IMG/VR virus record: IMGVR_UViG_3300020048_000104
Span: 9,084-73,083 of that record
Source: a virus
Lineage: Duplodnaviria > Caudoviricetes
Reading direction: 5' to 3' (one strand)
DNA length: 64,000 bases
Shown here: positions 9,604 through 21,500 of the stretch, one piece after another
Numbering within the stretch: position 1 is the first letter of the stretch
Layout of the letters: every line of letters begins with the position of its first letter
Position numbers and translations under genes: made by a program
The notes under the pieces: model-generated
What the model saw: the letters and a program-made list of their open reading frames with translations, nothing else
The model's database searches: none
What the model was told of the DNA's origin: nothing

Positions 9604-12600
9604 ATGCCTGGTTCTGATTTTGATAAACGTATTTATAGTTATGTAGTAAACACTATAAATGAATTAAAAGAAAGTGGAAGACTTCCTGAAGGAAAGAATC
9701 TTAATGCTGCTGGTATAGCTGCTCAGATAATTTTAGAAACTGGACACGGTAAATCTAAATTATCACAAGAAGCATATAACTACGGTGGTATAAAAGCAGA
9801 TTCTTCTTGGACAGGTGATACCTATACATCTAAGGATGGTAGTGTTTATCGTAAATATGAATCAGCAGAACAAGGACTAGCAGATCAGCTTAGTTTCTAT
9901 TTAGATAATCCTCGTTATGATAACGCAGGTGCTTTAGATGCAACTAACGCATCTGATTGGGCTAAAGCTATAAAGAAAGCAGGGTATGCTGAAGATCCTG
10001 ATTATGTAAAGAAATTAAATAGTATAAGTAGAAAGTTTGAAGATCCTACTTATCAAGATACTGAGAGTTCAGTAGAACCTGTAAACACAAGCTCTACTAA
10101 TTCTCAATATAAACCTTTAGAGAAAGTTAATGTAGGTACTGTTGATAATTATCAATTACCTAATATTGATTATTCTGTAACAGGAGAAAATACTAAAGTA
10201 GATAATACAATACCGTATAAACCAATGACTACACCTACTGTAAATACATCATTTACAGGACAAAGTAGTATGTTTAAATTAGGTGGTAATTTATTCCCTG
10301 ATGGTGGACCTTTAAACAAACCTTCTCAAGTATTTACATATCCTAATAGACCTGGTGTAAGATACGCTTTAGATGGAAATGGTAAATGGTTAGTAAATGT
10401 TCCTGATGAAAACAATAAAGGATGGATTCCTTTAGATGATCCTGATGGATCTAAAAGTAGAGAGTTGATGAAAAATGCAGAATCTGTAGATGATGTTGCT
10501 TATGACGAATCATTACTTATGAATCCTGATTATAGACATTTACCTACAACTACTGTAACAGCTGAAAAACCTACTGATTATTATAACACATTAATAAAAC
10601 CAACTATTCAATTTATGGATCCTACAGGAATAACTTCATGGGGAGATGTAAAAGAATCGTATGATAAGAATGGTTTGTTTTCTGGAGAAACAGCTTTTGA
10701 AATATTAGGAGCATTACCACTATTAGGTAAAATAGGGAAGTCTGGTAAGATATTAGGTCCTGCTTTTGAAACATTAGTGAAAGCAAATAAAACAATTAAT
10801 AAATTACCTGTATCAAATAAAACAAAAGAGGTATTATTTAAAACAGTAGGTAAAAGTTATGATAAGGTTAAAGATTATGATAATGTATCAGGTTCAATAA
10901 CAAAATCATTAAAAGATAATATTAAATATATTAATCCTTCTTCACAAAAAGTAAATAAAACAGCAGTGGATGCTTTTAATACATTAAATAAAACAGCTAA
11001 ATTAGCAAATAAAGCTCAGTTATTGGATGATACAGGTGTTGTGGATGAAGCTAAAGATGTATTAGTAGATGCTTTAGAGAATAAAACAGAATGGAATTAT
11101 ACTGATGATAGAACATTTAATTTTAAATTAGGAGGAAATATGAATAAATATTACGCAACAGGTGGTCCTATGGAAGGTATGCCTACAGACGGACAAGCAG
11201 GACAACTTACATCATTTGATGCAGGTGGTAAGCATGAAGAAAATCCTATGGGTGGAATACCACAAGGTATGAATCCTAATGGTCAACAGAATTTAGTAGA
11301 AGAAGGAGAAACAAAACTTAATGCTAAGAATTATATATTTTCAGATAGTTTAAAAATAGATAAAGATACAGCTAAAGAGTTCTATTTTCCTTCTAAGTAC
11401 GTAGGTAAAACATTTGCAGAAGTATCTAAATTAATGGAGCGACCTGATTCTCGTAGAAAACATGATTCTATAGAAGAGAATGCTAAGAAAAAGGATTTAG
11501 AAGCTTTGATGAGTGCTCAAGAAGAATTTAAAGCAAAGGATTTACAAAGAGATATGGAAAACATGATGGTAAAACATCCTGATTTCATGCAATCTATGTT
11601 AGCTCAACAAGCTCCTCAAATGCCTGAACAAGCACCTGTTGATCCTATGATGGCTCAAGATCCTATGATGCAACAAGGAATGCCTATGGAAGCACCTATG
11701 GCTAAAATGGGAGGTTATCAAAATCAAATGAACTTCGGAGGCTTTATGAATAAAGTTGGTCAAGTAGGTAAAAACTATGGACTAGCTTTAGCTGATAACG
11801 CTTTAGGTATGGTAGGAGCAAATAATGTAATTAAAGATTCTGATTATACAGGAGCTGGATCAGAGTTTGCTAAAGGTGCTCAGCAGTTTACAGGTGTTGT
11901 TAATAGAATAGGACAAGGTGTTGCAGCTGCTGCATTACCTGGTATTGGAGGTGCTTTAGTAGGAGGTGCTCAAAATGCTATGGGTGGTATAGGTGGTGAA
12001 AATACTACTATACAAAATGGTAGAGTTATGGAATGGGGAGGTGGTTTAAACACTTCTAATAAATATGGTAACTATTCAACAGGTGTAGGATTAGACAATC
12101 CTTATTTACAAGATAATGGTTTATCTAATAGTACATTACCTGTTGAAAAGAGTTTAACTATACCTTCTGTAGGATCATCTAATGTATCTGGACAAGGTGC
12201 TCCTGAAGCACAATCTTACGATCAATCATTAGCAAATGCGATAGGTACTTATGCTCCTGTTGCTTATAATATAGGACAAGGATTATTTGGTAAAGTAGAT
12301 AAATTAAGTGCTGATGATTATATTAATAAGGCTACTATAGAAAATTATAGAGAAAATATTAATCCTCAGTTACGTGCTTCTGATGAAGCATTTGCAGGTG
12401 CTAAAAAAGGATTAAGAAATGCTGGTGCTGGTAGTGGTGCATACATGGCTAATTTACAAGCTATGCATTCACAAGACCAAGCACAAAAAGCAGGTATTTA
12501 TGCTAATGCTGAGAATCAGTACGCTGGTCGTCAATTACAAATTGATCAAGCAAATGCATCTAGAGGGGATCAAGCCGCAGCGATGAGATTACAGATACAT

Positions 12601-12810
12601 GATTATAACATGAGAGCAAAAGCAGCTAAAGATACAATGTTACAAGAAGGATTAAAACAAACAGGTGATATTTCTAAAGCTAAAACATCTAATGAATTAG
12701 CTACAATGTACAACAATTTATACGCTCCTGATTTTAAAGATTTCGCTAGTTATAATAGTTATGCTGATATGTTAAAACAAAAAGCACAAGCTAAAAAGAA
12801 AAATAAGTAA
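9604..12810 (+). CDS. Virion cargo/ejection protein with N-terminal GH73 glucosaminidase (FlgJ-like muramidase) domain
   Basis: aa ~35-145 AAQIILETGHG...NYGGIKA...YRKYES...IKKAGYAEDPDYVKKL is GH73. The rest is low-complexity with repeated xxGG motifs and Gly/Ala-rich membrane-like helices. Confidence 0.75.
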   Translation: MPGSDFDKRIYSYVVNTINELKESGRLPEGKNLNAAGIAAQIILETGHGKSKLSQEAYNYGGIKADSSWTGDTYTSKDGSVYRKYESAEQGLADQLSFYLDNPRYDNAGALDATNASDWAKAIKKAGYAEDPDYVKKLNSISRKFEDPTYQDTESSVEPVNTSSTNSQYKPLEKVNVGTVDNYQLPNIDYSVTGENTKVDNTIPYKPMTTPTVNTSFTGQSSMFKLGGNLFPDGGPLNKPSQVFTYPNRPGVRYALDGNGKWLVNVPDENNKGWIPLDDPDGSKSRELMKNAESVDDVAYDESLLMNPDYRHLPTTTVTAEKPTDYYNTLIKPTIQFMDPTGITSWGDVKESYDKNGLFSGETAFEILGALPLLGKIGKSGKILGPAFETLVKANKTINKLPVSNKTKEVLFKTVGKSYDKVKDYDNVSGSITKSLKDNIKYINPSSQKVNKTAVDAFNTLNKTAKLANKAQLLDDTGVVDEAKDVLVDALENKTEWNYTDDRTFNFKLGGNMNKYYATGGPMEGMPTDGQAGQLTSFDAGGKHEENPMGGIPQGMNPNGQQNLVEEGETKLNAKNYIFSDSLKIDKDTAKEFYFPSKYVGKTFAEVSKLMERPDSRRKHDSIEENAKKKDLEALMSAQEEFKAKDLQRDMENMMVKHPDFMQSMLAQQAPQMPEQAPVDPMMAQDPMMQQGMPMEAPMAKMGGYQNQMNFGGFMNKVGQVGKNYGLALADNALGMVGANNVIKDSDYTGAGSEFAKGAQQFTGVVNRIGQGVAAAALPGIGGALVGGAQNAMGGIGGENTTIQNGRVMEWGGGLNTSNKYGNYSTGVGLDNPYLQDNGLSNSTLPVEKSLTIPSVGSSNVSGQGAPEAQSYDQSLANAIGTYAPVAYNIGQGLFGKVDKLSADDYINKATIENYRENINPQLRASDEAFAGAKKGLRNAGAGSGAYMANLQAMHSQDQAQKAGIYANAENQYAGRQLQIDQANASRGDQAAAMRLQIHDYNMRAKAAKDTMLQEGLKQTGDISKAKTSNELATMYNNLYAPDFKDFASYNSYADMLKQKAQAKKKNK

Positions 12811-12833
12811 CTTTACAGTAAAAATAATTAGAT

Positions 12834-15536
12834 ATGCCGATTAGTCCATATAGCACCCCTATACAGTTTGAATATAAACCATTAGGTTTAGAAGGTTTTG
12901 CGAAACCTCTTAGTGAGATGCAAACTCAATATGATGATACTTTAAATAAAGTAGATGCTTTAGATTTTGATATTCAAGCATTGTCTAAAGATGATCCTGC
13001 TGCAAAAGAGAAAATCAATGCTTTAATGGAGCAACGTAATCAGTTGCGTGATGAACTAATGAACACTAAGAATTTTAAACAAGGTGCTCGTAAAGTATTG
13101 GATTTGAATCGTCAATATACTAAAGATGAGGATATTCAATCTATGCAATCTAATGCTAAATCTTGGCAAGAATATGACAAACTTGAAAAAGAAAGATACT
13201 TAAAAGGAGAAATCAGTAGAGAAGAGTACGAATCTAATCGTGCTGTTAGAATGGGTGAGTATGCTGGTTATAAAGAAGGAAGTATTAACACTACTCCTTT
13301 GTCTAAAAATGAAGAAGATAATATTCGTAAAGAAACTAATGCGTTATTAAGTGCTGCTCCTGAACAATTAGAGTATATGTATAATGATTTAGGTATTGAT
13401 GCTACAACAGGTAAAAAACTTAAAGAAATTATAGAGAATAAAGAAATAAGTAAAAATCAAATTGCTCAAGAAGTAAGTAAAATAATTCTTACTTCTGATA
13501 AGTACAAGGAATTTTATAATTCTCGTGCTGATTTAGCATGGAGAAGTTATAAGTTAGCAGGAAAAGAAGAAGATATTGCTACTAGTACATATCAAGCAGA
13601 TATTGCTAATACTACTAATAAGATAACAGCTGCTCAATCAGAATTAGATAGACTTACTAAATTAAAAGAGTCTGGTAAATATTCAGGTGAAGGTCTTGAA
13701 AATATTGAAAAAGGTATCACTCAATATACTACTACATTAGAAAGTTTAAATAATAGAATAGCTAATGTACAAAGTGCTTTAGAAACAGGAAATGTTAATC
13801 CTCAAGTAGCTAAAAGATTATTTGAAGATCAGTTCCTTGAAGGTAAAGTAAATCAATTAGTTACTGCTAATGCTGATTTATATGATTATCGTAATACTGA
13901 AATCACAGACCAATATACAACTATTGATGATGGAGGAACTGGAGATGGTTCAGGTATTAATGGTTCATCAGATGCAGCTGCTTTTATACCTAATACTTTT
14001 TCAGGAACTATTACAAATGAAAATTTACAAGACGTTACTAAAAAATTACGTAAAGGTGTAGATGATGTATATGATGAATTAGATTTTAGGACTAGAGCAG
14101 ATGGTACATCTGTTGGTATATTTAATCAATTGTTCGGTAATCAAGACAGAGGTTCTAAAGCAGCTACAACTAATGCTATATATCAAGCAATTAGAGAAAC
14201 AAAAACAGAAGGTGGTAACGCTGTAACATTTGCATCAAAACTAGCAGAAAAAGGAATTGGAGGGTATGACCAAAAGAAACTAGATGTTATTTATAATAAA
14301 TTTAGCTCACCTGACGGATTAACTACTTTATCTGAATCTGTTGGTAAAATTCAAAGAGATATAGCTAGAATAGAAGAAGTTAAAGGTATGCAACGAAATG
14401 CTACTGAGCAAATTTTAAAAAGTAATGATTTTAAAAATAATGAAGATTTAAAATATTCTGGGTATAATTATAATAACGCACCTGAAAATTTAGCAATAAA
14501 AGAAAAACACATGGATGCAGCATCTAAATCACCTTTGTTTATGAATTTTGGTGAAAAAGCAGATGTTATAATTAATTCAAAAAATAGTACCAGTGAAGAA
14601 AAATTAATAGCTAAAGCGTATAAAGTAGCTTATGAGAGAGATCCTAAATATTTTAAAGTAACTAATGAGGATATAGCTAAAGTTGCTGGTTATAATAATG
14701 TAGAAGATGCTATACTTAAAGGTTTTAAATTTCCTACATCTCGTATTAATGATTATATCAATACTAAAATGAACGATGCTTTAAAAACATCAACTTATTT
14801 ATCTACATTGAGTATTACTGGTGATACAAAAGAAGCTAAATTGCTTAGAGCAACAATTAATGATCGTGTAACAGATGTGGTTAAAACAGTAGGTATAGAT
14901 GGATTAGTTCCTGCTTTTGCAGATGGATGGTCTGAAGAAGAAGGTCTATTTGAAGAAGTTGATAATAAACCTACTTTTGTAGGAGAAGTAGTAGGTAAGT
15001 CTACTGTTTCTAAAAGTGATAGAAATATATATATTACTACAACTGTTAAAAATAAAAAAACAGGAGCTACTAAAACAATACATACATTATTTCCTGAAAA
15101 CGATAAATTAATAGAAAAAGAAATATATAAAAACATATATGAAACTTCTAATCCTGATGAAGCATTAGGTAAACGTAATAGAAATATGGCAGGATCAGGA
15201 ATGTTTGATATATCTCATCCTGATAATCCTTTAACAAGTAGCCAAACGAAATCATTACAGCCGACTGATGAAAAACCAATTATGATATATTCTTATAATA
15301 TACAAGGTTTTGGAGATGCTGGTAAGATTAGAATATTTATGAACTCTAAACAAAAATCTGGAGAAAAAGGAAAAGCTCATAATTATTACACAGCTAAAAG
15401 ATATGATCCTGCTACATTAACTTGGGTTCCTATTAATATAGATGAAAAAGGTAATATTGTTTTCAGTGGTGGTAAATTATTACAGACAGAAGATCCTAAT
15501 GGTATAAAATCTAAGTTAGGTAGTCTTTACTTTTAA
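12834..15536 (+). CDS. Virion cargo/ejection protein (helical, crAss type)
   Basis: 900 aa with an N-terminal coiled coil; lies between the GH73 cargo gene and the giant RNAP genes as in crAss-like layouts. Confidence 0.55.
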   Translation: MPISPYSTPIQFEYKPLGLEGFAKPLSEMQTQYDDTLNKVDALDFDIQALSKDDPAAKEKINALMEQRNQLRDELMNTKNFKQGARKVLDLNRQYTKDEDIQSMQSNAKSWQEYDKLEKERYLKGEISREEYESNRAVRMGEYAGYKEGSINTTPLSKNEEDNIRKETNALLSAAPEQLEYMYNDLGIDATTGKKLKEIIENKEISKNQIAQEVSKIILTSDKYKEFYNSRADLAWRSYKLAGKEEDIATSTYQADIANTTNKITAAQSELDRLTKLKESGKYSGEGLENIEKGITQYTTTLESLNNRIANVQSALETGNVNPQVAKRLFEDQFLEGKVNQLVTANADLYDYRNTEITDQYTTIDDGGTGDGSGINGSSDAAAFIPNTFSGTITNENLQDVTKKLRKGVDDVYDELDFRTRADGTSVGIFNQLFGNQDRGSKAATTNAIYQAIRETKTEGGNAVTFASKLAEKGIGGYDQKKLDVIYNKFSSPDGLTTLSESVGKIQRDIARIEEVKGMQRNATEQILKSNDFKNNEDLKYSGYNYNNAPENLAIKEKHMDAASKSPLFMNFGEKADVIINSKNSTSEEKLIAKAYKVAYERDPKYFKVTNEDIAKVAGYNNVEDAILKGFKFPTSRINDYINTKMNDALKTSTYLSTLSITGDTKEAKLLRATINDRVTDVVKTVGIDGLVPAFADGWSEEEGLFEEVDNKPTFVGEVVGKSTVSKSDRNIYITTTVKNKKTGATKTIHTLFPENDKLIEKEIYKNIYETSNPDEALGKRNRNMAGSGMFDISHPDNPLTSSQTKSLQPTDEKPIMIYSYNIQGFGDAGKIRIFMNSKQKSGEKGKAHNYYTAKRYDPATLTWVPINIDEKGNIVFSGGKLLQTEDPNGIKSKLGSLYF

Positions 15537-15549
15537 TAAAATTAAATAG

Positions 15550-15557
15550 TATATTTG
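15550..15557 (+). promoter_or_regulatory. Bacteroidota-type -7 promoter element (TAnnTTTG)
   Basis: TATATTTG in the 44-nt gap, 24 nt upstream of the ATG at 15581. Confidence 0.5.
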
Positions 15558-15580
15558 TAAAATATACAAATATACTATTT

Positions 15581-18500
15581 ATGTTACAGCCGAAAAAGTC
15601 TACGTTTTTACAAGATCTTAAAAAACATGAAGATCAATTAATAAAAGATGGTAAAATAGATGATCCTAAAGTTCTCGAAGAACAATTAGGAGGTATTCCT
15701 GAAAGAGTATCATCTATAGATGTGTTATATCCTAATAAATCACCTGAAGAATTTGAGAATTTTGAAGAATATATGCCTACTCAAACAGTACGTAGTGGTC
15801 AATATTCAACAGAACAGTTATCTAATATACGTGCTGAGAATCAATCTAATTGGGAACAAGCTGGTAATGCATCTGCTAGATTTGCATTAAATATTGTTCC
15901 TTCTATTGTATCAGGATTCGCATCTATGTTAGATATTCCTGGTTACTTTGATGCTGAACATGCTGCAACTAATGATCTAGTAAATACAGTAGAAGAATGG
16001 AAACAACAAGTAAATCAAGAAATAGCTCCTATTTATTTAGAAAATCCTGATACTCCTATGGACCTTGGGGATTTTGCATGGTGGATGGATCGTGGAGAAG
16101 GACTAGCAGAATCAGTAGCTTCTTTTTTAGTACAAGGTGCTGCTATGGGTGCTGGAGTTGGTGCTTTAGTAAAAGGTGCTAATGCATTCAATAATGCTTC
16201 TAAATTAGCTAAATTAGTAGGAGCAAGTGCTAAAACACAAAGTAAAGTAGGTACTGTCGCAAATATATTTGTTGAAAAAGCAGGTACATTAACTAATGCT
16301 ATTGCTTTAAATCAATCAGAAGCTGTATTAGAAGCAACAAGTGTATATAACGATACTAAAACTTATTGGCTTGATAAAGGTTACTCTATGGAGGATGCTA
16401 AGAAACAAGCAGCTATAGGAGCATCTACAACAATGAATATGAATAGAGCTAACATTCTATTAAATATTACATCTGCTTACATGTTCATGACACCAATGAA
16501 ACTAGCTAGGAAATTAGTAGATCCTGTTAGTAGAGCTAATACACTTAAATCATTAGTTGCTGAAGGTTCTCAAGAAGCATTAGAAGAACTTATCAATCAC
16601 TCAGCATCACAAGCAGGTAAAGCTCATGGTAAAGGTGAGGAGTATGGTTTTAATGATGCTATTAAAGATATGAAATCAGCTGAAGGTATTGAAGCTGCTT
16701 TATTAGGTGCTTTTGGAGGTATTGCTCAAACAGGTGGTAGTATTGCTTTTAAACATTCTAAATATGGTACTGGTTCTGCTGTAAATAAAGAAACAGGTGA
16801 AAGAGAATCAGCTTATACTCAACAAACTAACAGATACGAAAAACAACAAAAAGTAATAGAAGATTTAAAAGCATCTGGTGTTAAGAGTTTTGATGTATTG
16901 AATAATCTTGCTTATACAATGAAGTTAGGTCAAGATATGGCTGATGCTCAAAATAATAATGATATAGATAAGTACAATCAGTTACAAGCTGAATTATTCG
17001 AAACAAAAGCATTAACAGCATTCCAATCAGGTACTACTCAAATATTAGAAGACTTGATTAGGTCTTCTGCTGGAGAAGATGGTGAAACAGGAATATCAAA
17101 AGAGCAAGTTAACGAAGCTATTTCTAATTTGAGAGAGTTAGAAGCTGTGTATAACAACTATGAGAATTTTGAAAATGTTGATGATTTATTTTTCAACAGA
17201 GCTAATAAAATTCGTACAGAAAGAATATTACGTTCTCAAAAAGCAAATCAGATAGAAACTAAAATGAATCTTCAAGCAACTGCTGAACAAATTGCTAAGA
17301 AGTATAAATTCAAAGTAGATAAAGAAGTAGTATATAAAAAAGAAGGTGTTCAGACAGGTACTGAAACACTTACTACAGAACAACCTATTACATTTTCATT
17401 GGAAAACTTAGGAGATAATCCTGGTACTACAGAGGATAATAGAAAAGTGTACGATGCTTTCGTAGAAGAATTATCTAATACAGAAGTATATAAGAATGCT
17501 CAAGAACAAGATCTTACTGTAGAAGAAACAGAAAACTTATTAAACGGTTTAAATGAGAAATTCGTATCACTTAAATCTAAAGAAGGTCAAGAAAAAGCTA
17601 AAGTTGAGAAAGCTGAAAAAGCAATTGAGTCAGAAAGAATGTCTAAAATATTACGTGATGATTTCGAAGATTTGGATGAATTACGTAAAATGGCTGCTGA
17701 AACAAAAGATGATAATGTTAGACGTAAGGCTGAAAAGAAAATAAAGACTATTGAAACAAATCGTGCTATTGAAGCTCAACAGAAAAAAGACGATACTGTA
17801 TTCAATAAGTATAGTACAGCTATTGCCAAAACAGATAGTAGTCCTGAAGGTAAAGCTGAGTTTGAAAAATTAAAAGCAGAGATAGCAAAATTGAAAAACT
17901 TATCTCCTGCTTTAAAACAAAGATTAGCTGATTCTATTGATGCTCGTCAAAGAAACATGGATGCAGGTATGATGTCAGATGAAAAGGTTACTAAACCAAA
18001 TCCTTCTGATGAAAATACCGTAGACTTATCTGAATTGATAACAAATTCTAAATTACCAGAAGATTTTGTAACAGATGATGTTGAAGAAAACATAGAAGCT
18101 GAAATAGCAGATGCTGTTAAAGAAGTATATGAAAAAGACCGTAAACCTCAACTTAATGAAAAAGGTGACTTAGAATACGACTTTGATCGTTCTGAACAAG
18201 GACATGATAAAGGTGCATTCTTAGCAAGAGATTTTGTACAAAACGAATTTAGTGGTAAAGTTACTAGAGAAGATATAGACAATGAACTTAATGAAGTAAA
18301 TCCAGATATATTAAATCCTGATACGTTAAATGAAGGTACTAAAATTACTATTAAGGTAGATGATGATTATGATGGTGATGTTTATGTAGGTGACACTAAA
18401 GAAAAAATGCCTTGGTCTGAAAGGAAAAAGCAAATAGGTAATAATCCTGATACCATGCGTGATGAAATACCAATGGTTGTTGTTGACAATACTGGTAAGA

Positions 18501-21500
18501 AATTATTTCATATACACGATGTTAACTGGATTAATGAAACTAATGTATATGGTGATATAGAATCCGATAGAGATGCATTAAGAGCTATTAGAGATAAAGT
18601 ATTAGCTAGTGGAACAAGTGGTGTAGAAACATCTATTACAAGTAAATCAGCAGGTATATTATTTACTACAGCTAAAGGAGAATCTGTATTATTAAAAGAT
18701 GGTATGCCTGATCCTAATTTACAATTAGTAGTAGGTAAAGATAATGCATTTACTGATAATTCTGTAGATAGAGAATCACTACTTAATAAGAAAATCAGAG
18801 ATGGTCAATTGTATGCTATTATTCCTGTTGGTAAAGAGAAGATAGCTATTCCTTTACAGCGTACTCAGTTGAAAAACAATCCTGAAATATACAATACTAT
18901 TGTTAAAGCTATAGAAGCATATTTAGATCCTGAGAATAATCAGGAATTTATAGAAGGTGTAGCTAAAGTAGGATCTAAATTAGATGTTTCTGATTTATCC
19001 AATTTATCTAAATTCATATCCCAATTTGTATATTTATATCCTTTGGAAAAAAATGAATCTTTAGTTGATGTAGTATCTCGTTCTTCTGAAAAATTCAATA
19101 GACAAAATTCAATAATATCAATTACTGGTAACTCTATAGAATTTTGTAAACCAGGTATTAGTAATTCATGGGGAAGTATATCAACAAACACACCTGCTAA
19201 TATGCTTCCTGCTTTATTGAAAAGACTTAAATATGTATTGAGTGATGTTAAGACACATGCTAAAAAAGATAAAAATACAGGTAAAGTAATAACTACAGAT
19301 GTTGCTGTTGTTAATGCTGAAGGACAAGTAGTATCTAAACCATATAGAGAATTTATTGGTGAAAACTTTAAATCTAATGTGTTATCTACAAAGATAAATA
19401 CTAAAGATGGTGTTAAATATGTATATAGTATTCAACAGAATATTACATTTGATACAAGTTTTGCTCCTGTTCAAAAGAAACCTGTTATTGCTACAACTAC
19501 TCAATCTACAAATACTCAAGAAGCTGATGTAGAATCAGAAATTGTTGATAATGCTTTAAAACAACAATTAGATAATGATGTTAAACAAGTAGTTGAAGAT
19601 ACACAAACATATCCTACTGAAAAATTAATTAATGATTTAGCTGATTTGAAAGCAGGTAACTTAAAAACATTTGGTGAATCTGCTGAAGATGCACCAGATC
19701 AAAAAGAAGTTAATTATACGATATACATATTTGAAAACGCACTTAGAATACGTAAAGAAGCTAATAACACAACTGATTTATCACAATTAATTAATAATGA
19801 TAGAAAGATTACTCTGGACTCAGATGATGTTTCTAATGATGATGATACGGATTTCCAATTAATTCCTGAAACAAATGTTAAAAATGCTGTTAACGATGCT
19901 ATTTCTGAAATGACTGTTAAAGGTATTAGTCTTCGTCAACAAAATTCATTAATAGGATATATAGGTTCTAAAATAATTAAAGCAAGTATAGATAAATTAC
20001 AAGAAACAGGAAAGTCTAAAGTTTCTATTAATGACATATTTGATGAGGTAGAAAATGATTTAAAGAAAGATTATCAGACATACGTAGATAACATACTTCC
20101 TAATAAAGCAGGTAGAGTTAAAGCAATTCTTGATGACTTTGCTAAAGTTAAACAGTTAACTATTGCTAAAATAGAGTTAATGAACACTGGTACATTAACT
20201 TTAAAAGAGAATAACGATGCTGCTGAAATAGAATCTGATGATATTACAACATCTGTTTTATCTGATGAGGAAATGGATATGTCAGATGAAGCATCTGGAG
20301 GATTAGAAAATGTATTACATAGTGACGATTGGACTTTTACACTTGATTCTAAATCAACAGCTTCTGCTAATTTGAAAAAGTTTTTAACTTTTGTAGAAGA
20401 CAAAGAAGACGGATTGACTAAGTTTAATGAATTAGGATTTCCTGAAATTATAGAGTTTGATGTTGTTTATAATACGTTACATGAATTACTAGCAGGATTA
20501 CCTGCTAACTATGATAAAATGTTAGCTACGTTAGAAGCACATACAAATAAATTCCCATGGTTACAAACAGTAATAGAACGACTAGATGATGCTCCAGATC
20601 AAATAAGAAATGAATTTGTTTCTGATATGGCTAAACATGCTATTACAATGAAGTTTATTCTTTGGAATAAATTACAAAACGGTAAATATGTATTGTTTAC
20701 TAAAGATGCCAATTCTGCATCTACTCAAAAAAGATTACTTACAACATGGAATTATAATATTACAGATGGTAATAATCCTTATTCTATTTTAAAAGTAGAT
20801 GATAGTGGTACTTATGTGTACGATAGAACTAAAATAGAACCTTTAGTAGCATTAGCAAAGGAATGGGAGAACGCAACAGTAGATAATCTTCCTACTAATG
20901 ATGAGTTGTTAAAATGGCTAAATGCTTTTGGTATTACTGTTAGTGAAGAAACACTTAATGAATTAAGATTAGGTAAATTTAAAAATAAAGGAACATTAAC
21001 TTTCCAAAGATTGTTTACTGCTCATAACGGATTGGTAAAAGTATTAGCAACACAGATTGACAAGTATTCTGAGAAAACTAAATTTGATGATACTAAAATA
21101 ATAAATGATACTGTTATTCAATCACTTGCTACAATGGAAGCAAGTAATGCAGAAAACATATTCAGTAACTCATTTAACGCAGGAGGTAAAACAATTTACA
21201 CATTTAGTAATAACAAGTATGTAATTAACAGATTCCGTGATTTAAAAGAAGATGCTCAATTACGTGCTGATTTAGAGAATGTTCCTTTTATAAAAGGTAG
21301 TTTGTGGTTGAATGAATTAAATAATAATCCTGCTTTCAATGAGCATTTTGGAATAGACTATTTATCATTAGAAGCAATTAAAAAAGAATTTACTCCTTCT
21401 AAAGATAATCGTAAATTGAATAATTTAACAGAAGACGAGCATGAGGTTATTAAATTAGCTATGTTCTTTAATAATTACAATAATAGACAAGTGTCATTTT

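Noticed and set aside
11580-11710. Met/Pro/Gln-rich repeats in the cargo protein as a repeat element
   Set aside because: Ordinary low-complexity linker (DPMM twice) with no regular DNA periodicity.
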